A DNA stretch of 33,311 bases. Origin: Coleofasciculus chthonoplastes F2-STO-03 (GTDB lineage Bacteria; Cyanobacteriota; Cyanobacteriia; Cyanobacteriales; Coleofasciculaceae). Location of the stretch: assembly GCA_040222015.1 (NCBI GenBank), contig JAVJWO010000120.1, positions 1 to 33,311 of the forward strand. Reading direction: 5' to 3'. Shown piece by piece: positions 27,710 to 33,311 of the stretch (position 1 is the first letter of the stretch; each line of letters starts with the position of its first letter). The translations under genes were made by a program, and so were the position numbers. Below the pieces are notes generated by a model, which had not been told where the DNA came from, made no database searches, and worked only from the letters and a program-made list of their open reading frames with translations.

Positions 27710-29101
27710 ATGATGGTTAAATCTTACCGCAGACTGATCCTGTCCTTTATCATCATGGTTGGTCTGGTATTCGTGACCTCCTTTCAATCCGTTGCTCAGG
27801 CTAGGGATGATGTCGTCAATGTCTATTTCTTCCACAGCAAAACCTGTCCCCATTGCCTCCAGCAAAAGCCGTTAATGGCTTATATCGATCAACACAATAA
27901 AAATGTTGAGGTTACGTCCCTTGAGGTTAACGACAATCCCAAGGAATGGCAGGAATTCCAAAAAGCGCGGGGAATCTCGTCCGGCGCGGTTCCTAGGACT
28001 GTGGTTGAGGATAAAATGTTCATTGGCTATAGCGAAGCCGAAGGACCATTGGAATACATTCCAGTTCATCAAGGGTATATCGGCTACAAAAACCAAATTA
28101 TTGCAGCGATAGAAACAGCCGTCGGATCTCCAATCAATTTACCCAAAACTGATCAAACGACTCAGCAACAAACCAGCCCCCCGTGGCAGGTCTTTTTAAT
28201 CCCGTTCTGGTATCTCTGTAGTTATCCGTTTTTGAAAGACCAGCTTGAGAAACGACAAGGTAAACGCTATTGGATTGGCGGGTTGCTGGCAACAACGATC
28301 ATCAGTCTATTTGTATTTCTTGCTCTCACCCCTGATGCTGTAATTAAAACCTTTGCCCAAGGGCTTCCCTTCCCCCTATTTGTCTCTACCATTGCCCTTG
28401 CCGATGGCTTTAACCCCTGTGCGTTCACCGTTTTAGTCATTCTGCTGTCGTTACTCACCTATACCCGCAGTCGCAAGGATATGACCTTGGTGGGGACAAC
28501 CTTTATTATCACATCAGCGGTGATGTATTTTATCTTTATCATGCTGATGGTCTTGGCGGGTTCAGTCTTCCTAGAAAACTATGGCGTTCGATTTATGCAA
28601 ATTCTGGGAATTCTGATTACCGGGGCGGGTCTGATCAATATCAAGGATTATTTTTGGTTCAAAAAATCTATCTCCCTATCCCTCTCAGAAAAACAACAGT
28701 CAACGATAAATAAACGAGCGGGAAAGATCGTCAGAAATCTGAGAAATGCTAAAGGCGATCGCAAGATGTTTCTCGCTGCATTAGCCGGGACGGTTCTACT
28801 AGCCGTCTTTGTAAATATTGTCGAACTTGGCTGTACAGCGATTCTGCCTGCTGTTTACATGACGGCGCTGTTACAGTACTGCTCAGATACAATTGGCTTG
28901 TGTCATATCTCGTGGACAGCGTTGTATGCCGGAATTTACGTTATTCCGCTGTTGGCTATTTTAGGCAACTTTATCTATTCGTTTAAGTCCACTCGACTCA
29001 CTGAAAACCAAGGGAGAGTGCTGAAACTCGTTGGCGGACTATTTATGCTATTCTTTGGTCTGGCGATGATATTTAAACCCCAGTTATTAACCCTGGGCTA
29101 A
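27710..29101 (+). CDS. Thioredoxin/glutaredoxin-domain plus CcdA/DsbD-like membrane protein
   Basis: Signal peptide, TCPHC, multi-TM region with DGFNPCA and VELGCTA cysteines. Confidence 0.85.
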   Translation: MMVKSYRRLILSFIIMVGLVFVTSFQSVAQARDDVVNVYFFHSKTCPHCLQQKPLMAYIDQHNKNVEVTSLEVNDNPKEWQEFQKARGISSGAVPRTVVEDKMFIGYSEAEGPLEYIPVHQGYIGYKNQIIAAIETAVGSPINLPKTDQTTQQQTSPPWQVFLIPFWYLCSYPFLKDQLEKRQGKRYWIGGLLATTIISLFVFLALTPDAVIKTFAQGLPFPLFVSTIALADGFNPCAFTVLVILLSLLTYTRSRKDMTLVGTTFIITSAVMYFIFIMLMVLAGSVFLENYGVRFMQILGILITGAGLINIKDYFWFKKSISLSLSEKQQSTINKRAGKIVRNLRNAKGDRKMFLAALAGTVLLAVFVNIVELGCTAILPAVYMTALLQYCSDTIGLCHISWTALYAGIYVIPLLAILGNFIYSFKSTRLTENQGRVLKLVGGLFMLFFGLAMIFKPQLLTLG

Positions 29102-29199
29102 TCACACTGATTTCTCTAATTTTCAGCAATGGTAGGGGTGGGGAGTTCACAGGTTAGTCGCACTGATTACACGGAGGCGTTAGTTCTCTATGCAAAGGA

Positions 29200-29294
29200 T
29201 TCGGCATTTCAACCTTAATGTCAATACTAGTGAAATCCTTGTAGGGCAGCATCTTGCTTGCTACTAATGCCCAATTTAAATGCACAACAGCTTA
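29200..29294 (+). mobile_element. 5'-truncated copy of the TAAGCTGT MITE-like element
   Basis: TTCGGCATTTCAACCTTAATGTCAA...GCATCTTGCTTGCTAC...CCCAATTTAAATGCACAACAGCTTA aligns to 7221-7341. Confidence 0.72.
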
Positions 29295-29348
29295 AAGGGG
29301 GAATTTTTTCTTCTCCCCCTGTTTTCGCATTGTATGAGTGAATTCAAT

Positions 29349-29537
29349 TTAATAGGATAAAGGTGAAATTTCATCGCCCAGCAGGGGTCCGTATAGGTTG
29401 GACATATCGTTGGTTTGATTCGTCAAGTCTCTGGCAATAAAATAGCTACCTTCATGGCTACAAGAGGCAATTTTTCCTGTATGACCTTTGAGAGAACCTT
29501 TGATAATTTTTACGCGATCGTTTTGTTGATAAACCAT
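29349..29537 (-). CDS. Small KOW-motif protein, paralog 2
   Basis: VKIIKGSLKGHTGKI and SNLYGPLLGDEI shared with 26982-27173. Confidence 0.8.
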   Translation of the reverse strand: MVYQQNDRVKIIKGSLKGHTGKIASCSHEGSYFIARDLTNQTNDMSNLYGPLLGDEISPLSY

Positions 29538-29650
29538 GATGCCACTCGTCGCTTGTAAATTTTCAAGTAAACTATTTCATCATACAAATGTTATTTTTTT
29601 AATTCGATGAAGCTGAACAGGCTTTTCAATAAAGTTTTGGCAAAATTTAT

Positions 29651-29668
29651 TTTACAAAACTTTACATT
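29651..29668. promoter_or_regulatory. HLR1 (RpaB-binding) motif, perfect consensus
   Basis: TTTACAAA-AC-TTTACATT. Confidence 0.68.
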
Positions 29669-29701
29669 TTGAAACTGAACCTTATCTCCCCCTATTTCCT
29701 G

Positions 29702-29772
29702 AGAAGGGCGGGTTTAGTCAAGTTATCGGGACAGTGCCAAAATGTTATCGGTAAAACCCACCCCTACAGCCC
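29702..29772 (-). repeat. REP-like element; inverted partner of 26611-26679
   Basis: Reverse complement reads GGGCTGTAGGGGTGGGTTTTACCGATAAC...CCGATAACTTGACTAAACCCGCCCTTCT. Confidence 0.85.
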
Positions 29773-29774
29773 TA

Positions 29775-30290
29775 CTATTCTTTAGGTTTTTCCCCGATCG
29801 CAATCTGTTCGTCTGCTGGGTGTTGTGCCATCACCTGAACTTTGGCAACTAATTCGCTATCTCCCTCAAACTCGGACAATGGCTGGAGATAGTCACCACT
29901 GGTATCCAGATCTACAGCATAAACCGCCGTTACCCGTTCGATCAGCGACGTTCCTCCCCATTTTTCTCGACCCAACACCGTCTCCACCATACCCCGCAAT
30001 CCCCCAGAAACCACCACAAACGGTACGCCGCGATCGTCCAGAAAATCGAGTAATTCCACTAAACCTGGACGAATCGGTTTAGATTGAGTATAGGTGAGGA
30101 TATCTGGATATCGCGAGGACGGAATCGATTCTAGGACGCGGCGCACACCTTCCCGTAGTGTTAGCCGTTTAGCATAAAGTTCGGGCATCACTTGGGCAGA
30201 TACCTCAGGCGCAAAATCATTTAACATCCCGGCAAAGGTTTCTACTGCCGTAATCGTACCGTCGAAGTCACAAAAGACAACTCGCTGCAT
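29775..30290 (-). pseudogene. HAD-IB phosphatase (MtnX-like), C-terminally truncated
   Basis: DFDGT, VSGG and K motifs present, but the ORF ends IAIGEKPKE* where HAD motif IV (GDxxxD) is expected. Confidence 0.75.
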
Positions 30291-31033
30291 TCGAGATCAG
30301 AGGTTAGGTTTAACATTGATAAAGATGGTATAGTATTAGCCATCCCACTGGCTTTATTATGCCGCCTTAAATCTCTCTCAGCAAAGAATAGATCAGATAG
30401 TTTTTAATTTTTAGATGAATCGATAAAAATCATCCGGCTACAACCTATAAAGTTCTGAACGATGGAATAGATCGAAGTTAAACACAAGCCCTCAGAAGTT
30501 GATGTTCCTCGTTTGTGATAGTTCTAAGCCTCGTATCCAGGTCAAGCTAGAGTATTTTCGATGGCATTATTATTCTCTAATTGATTTATATCTTGGAGTT
30601 ATTAAACTTAGCGATAACTTAATAGATTTATCTTCAGGGGTAAGAAATCCAGAGCATAACTTGCTGGATGCGTCGTGAGTATGACAACAGCTCAATGCTC
30701 CCATAAGTACAATAACTCATTGACAGAAACTTCGTCTTTCCTGCAACAGGTGAAATCTATCAAATTACGATGTTTTATCCATAATATAAATTGAATCAAA
30801 TCATTGATATGACCAATAGTTATTAGGTTATGATTGAGTCAGGATAAAGCGGTTCGCGATTCGATGAGGTACAATCCGCTCACAGGAAAAGCATGAGAGA
30901 TAAGGGATGGGGGATAAATTGGTGTATTTCATTATAACGAGTAAAAACCGCGATCAGTATAGAAATCTAGTCCAAAGCGATTAGCGCATCAGGGGGTATG
31001 TACCAAGTACAATTGTGAACAGAAGCTAAAGGA

Positions 31034-31378
31034 ATGACTCTAAACTATCCCATCATTGAAACCCAACTCAGACTCATTAGAGCTTTACAGCGCGGATACG
31101 CTGAAGCATTAGAAGCTGGAGATTGGCAAGCGGCGGAGTATCGTTGCGCTCATTTACATCGGTTGTGTGAAGGGCTACATCATCTGAGTTATTTGCTCGA
31201 TCGAGGCAATGCTTTATCCACAGTGACACCCCAAAATCAAAATAATTGGGTGGGGACTATCCGGGGTAACAATCCGATGCACACTTTAAATCAGTCCTCG
31301 GAGACGAACGAAAAGCCCCTTTCATCACGCCCCCTACCCCCTGAACCACCGCCTATTGATGAAGTGTGGAATCAGTAA
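31034..31378 (+). CDS. Hypothetical protein
   Basis: 114-aa ATG ORF, helical N-half and Pro-rich tail; no family recognised. Confidence 0.65.
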   Translation: MTLNYPIIETQLRLIRALQRGYAEALEAGDWQAAEYRCAHLHRLCEGLHHLSYLLDRGNALSTVTPQNQNNWVGTIRGNNPMHTLNQSSETNEKPLSSRPLPPEPPPIDEVWNQ

Positions 31379-31471
31379 ATGCTTCTAACTTTTCACAGTT
31401 GATGAGGGAGATAGGGGAGATGTAGAAGATGAGGAAGATAGAGGAGTTCACTTGACATTTAACCTTCAGCA

Positions 31472-31532
31472 AGGGCGGGTTTGGTTAAGGTAGGGGTTTT
31501 CTCCTGAACGGTATTGGTAAAACCCGCCCCTA
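31472..31532. repeat. REP-like element AGGGCGGGTTT...AAACCCGCCCCTA
   Basis: Same arm family. Confidence 0.82.
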
Positions 31533-31551
31533 AACACTATGTCCGACTAGT

Positions 31552-31579
31552 GTAGAGACGCGCCATGGCGCGTCTCTAC
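31552..31579. repeat. Perfect 28-bp GTAG palindrome touching the methyltransferase stop codon
   Basis: GTAGAGACGCGCCATGGCGCGTCTCTAC. Confidence 0.92.
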
Positions 31580-32223
31580 TATTGCTTTTCTGTTGTATTC
31601 GGTTTTATACCAATCAGAAGCGCCAGTTCCAGCCATTTCCAGTAACAATCGACATCAGTATAACCAATTTCTCGTAGCCATTTCAGTTGAGTTTCTACAT
31701 CTAATAATTTATTCGAGGGATCGTCTGGTTTGTCAGCAATCCCCATGCAAGCGCGGAAATGTTCATGGAGTGCTGGTGTGGGAGAGGCGACGTGTTCTAA
31801 GTTGCAAAAAATACCACCGGGTTCCAGCAAGTTGAAGAGTTCAGCATAGAGGGAATGCTTGCGTTCATGAGTTAGGTGATGAATGGCAAAGCTAGAAACG
31901 ATCGCGTCAAATATACCTAACTTTGGCAAGGAATGATCTAAATCATGGGCGATGATTTTTACCGTCTCATCCCCAGCAAACCGCTGTTTGGCAGCATCAA
32001 GCATCGTGGGTGAAAAATCGATCGCGATACTTTCGACATGGGGGCGGTCAATTTTCAGCAGTGCCAAAAGGCGTCCGTCTCCAGTGCCTAAGTCGAGGAT
32101 ACGTTTGACTGTTTTGGGAACCTCTTCCAGAACGACAGCTTCACCTTCTGTGCGATGGGGGAGATTATCCGATCGCTCTAAATAAGATAGCGCATGGTCA
32201 GCCGATGTCCAGAGATTTGTCAT
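31579..32223 (-). CDS. Class I SAM-dependent methyltransferase
   Basis: ILDLGTGDG, IDFSPTML, FDAIVSSFAIHH, LEPGG. Confidence 0.93.
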   Translation of the reverse strand: MTNLWTSADHALSYLERSDNLPHRTEGEAVVLEEVPKTVKRILDLGTGDGRLLALLKIDRPHVESIAIDFSPTMLDAAKQRFAGDETVKIIAHDLDHSLPKLGIFDAIVSSFAIHHLTHERKHSLYAELFNLLEPGGIFCNLEHVASPTPALHEHFRACMGIADKPDDPSNKLLDVETQLKWLREIGYTDVDCYWKWLELALLIGIKPNTTEKQ

Positions 32224-32326
32224 TTGTCATTTGTCATTTGTCATTTGTCATTTGTCATTTGTCATTTGTCATTTGTCATTTGTCATTTGTCATTTGTCAT
32301 TTGTCATTTGTCATTTGTCATTTGTC
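32215..32326. repeat. STRR2-type heptamer (ATTTGTC)x16
   Basis: 16 perfect units counted (112 bp). Confidence 0.95.
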
Positions 32327-32480
32327 ATCTTTGTAGGTTGGGTTGAGGAACGAAACCCAACCAGCATGGGTTAATGCACCCAAGCCCAAAAGTGCCAGCG
32401 CCGCGAGACTACTCGGTTCAGGAACAGGGACTGTGTTTAGGCTGAGTGTGTTGATTCCCAGAGCGCGATCTGCCTCAGAA
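32318..32480 (-). pseudogene. PEP-CTERM C-terminal remnant
   Basis: VPEPSSLAALALLGLG; the basic tail is replaced by sequence from a GTAG palindrome (32333-32361); no N-terminal body. Confidence 0.65.
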
Positions 32481-32487
32481 CTACTAT

Positions 32488-33111
32488 ATCTGAATTTACA
32501 AGCCGCCATTTGTCTGCAACCGCTTACTTTAGCCCAAATTGATCGCTATCTAAACAGTGCTGGGACGCAACTTACAGTAGTGCGCCAAGTTCTGCGATCG
32601 GATAGCACCTTACAAGACTTAGCCCAATCCCCGTTAATGTTAAGCATTATCACCCTAGCGTATCAGGGAATATCCCTAGATGAGTTACCGCAAAGAAGTG
32701 GTTTAGACGACTGGCGTCAGCATTTATTTGATCGGTACATTCAGCGGATGTTTAAGCGCAGGCGGGGTCAAGGTAAGTATAGTCAAGATACGCTAATTTT
32801 TGGCTTAATTGGCGTGTTTACGATGGCAGTTTTGGGTCAAATGGTGGGAGTGCCGATTTTATTTGGCGCAGTGATTGGATTGCTGTTTGGGTTGTTTTCG
32901 CCAGCCGGGATTGCTTGCATTCAGCATTTTATGTTACGTTTAGTACTGTATTGTAGTGGTTGTATATTGTAGTGGTTGTATTCCCTGGAATTATGCCCGA
33001 TTTCTGGATTATGCGACGCAGCAAATTTTTTTACAGAAGGTGGGAGGAGGGTATATTTTTATTCACCGATTATTGTTGGAACATTTTGCTCAGATGGAGC
33101 GAAAAATGTAA
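32488..33111 (+). pseudogene. NACHT-type membrane NTPase remnant (no P-loop, internal deletion, frameshift)
   Basis: LQPLTLAQIDRYL, PLMLSIITLAY, LFDRYIQRM, IQHF.LRL.L; after the frameshift PWNYARFLDYA..IFLQKVGGGYIFIHRLLLEHFA. Confidence 0.8.
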
Positions 33112-33137
33112 TACCCGTAGGGGCGCACGCTCCGTGC

Positions 33138-33311
33138 ATTGGTGTCAACTTAAGTACAATAAGAAGAGTGATGATCGGCATTGAAACCCTAGAGATAAAA
33201 GCCATATTTGAAGATTTTGTCGAGCAACATTATTGGAAAAAAGAGGGGACGGATTGGATTGCTATTGATGGAAAGACTTTGAAAAATACTTTAACCAATT
33301 ATGAAAGTAAT
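33138..33311 (+). mobile_element. ISAs1-family transposase fragment preceded by an ATTGGTGTCAACTTAAG end-like motif
   Basis: Frame from 33153: STIRRVMIGI...WIAIDGKTLKNT, open to the window end; N-terminus missing; interrupts a GTAGGGGCGCAC palindrome at 33117. Confidence 0.75.

Noticed and set aside
30291..31033. Long AT-rich intergenic region as possible sRNA or gene
   Set aside because: No repeat, convincing structure or recognisable ORF found by eye.
2956..31579. 28-bp palindromic repeats as a CRISPR array
   Set aside because: Copies are dispersed, not regularly spaced with unique spacers, and no cas genes are present.
32960..33184. 74-aa ORF in the track
   Set aside because: Off-frame reading of the NACHT relic's C-terminus running into the REP/IS junction.

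Overview
Chromosomal DNA from a cyanobacterium, probably a filamentous Oscillatoriales-type strain (inferred from abundant HIP1 octamers GCGATCGC, heptamer STRR tracts, ho1, clpR-clpP and an SLH-OprB porin). Housekeeping genes include ho1, a VWA protein, clpR/clpP, DnaJ-TPR, an AlkB-like dioxygenase, surE, a fused peptide ABC ATPase, a pentapeptide protein, a porin, an Ntn-hydrolase acylase, an SDR and a SAM methyltransferase. Four things stand out. (1) A chaperone-usher-like fimbrial cluster (two pilin-like subunits, a PapD-like chaperone, an atypical usher), followed by a secreted haemagglutinin-CHAT protease; the two pilin genes are bracketed by inverted MITE ends. (2) A ~580-bp protein-less IS200/IS605 (IscB/IsrB-type) element carrying a HEARO/omegaRNA-like scaffold, inserted immediately in front of the clpR start codon. 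(3) A ~3.1-kb block bracketed by inverted REP-like elements, holding two paralogous KOW-motif mini-proteins (each with an RpaB/HLR1 box at almost the same distance) around a thioredoxin-CcdA-like membrane protein; an HAD phosphatase gene is truncated at the block's edge. (4) Many GTAG-type palindromic repeats, one translated inside a gene, plus relics of CHAT, PEP-CTERM, NACHT and ISAs1 genes. All family calls are by-eye motif recognition; no database searches were run.
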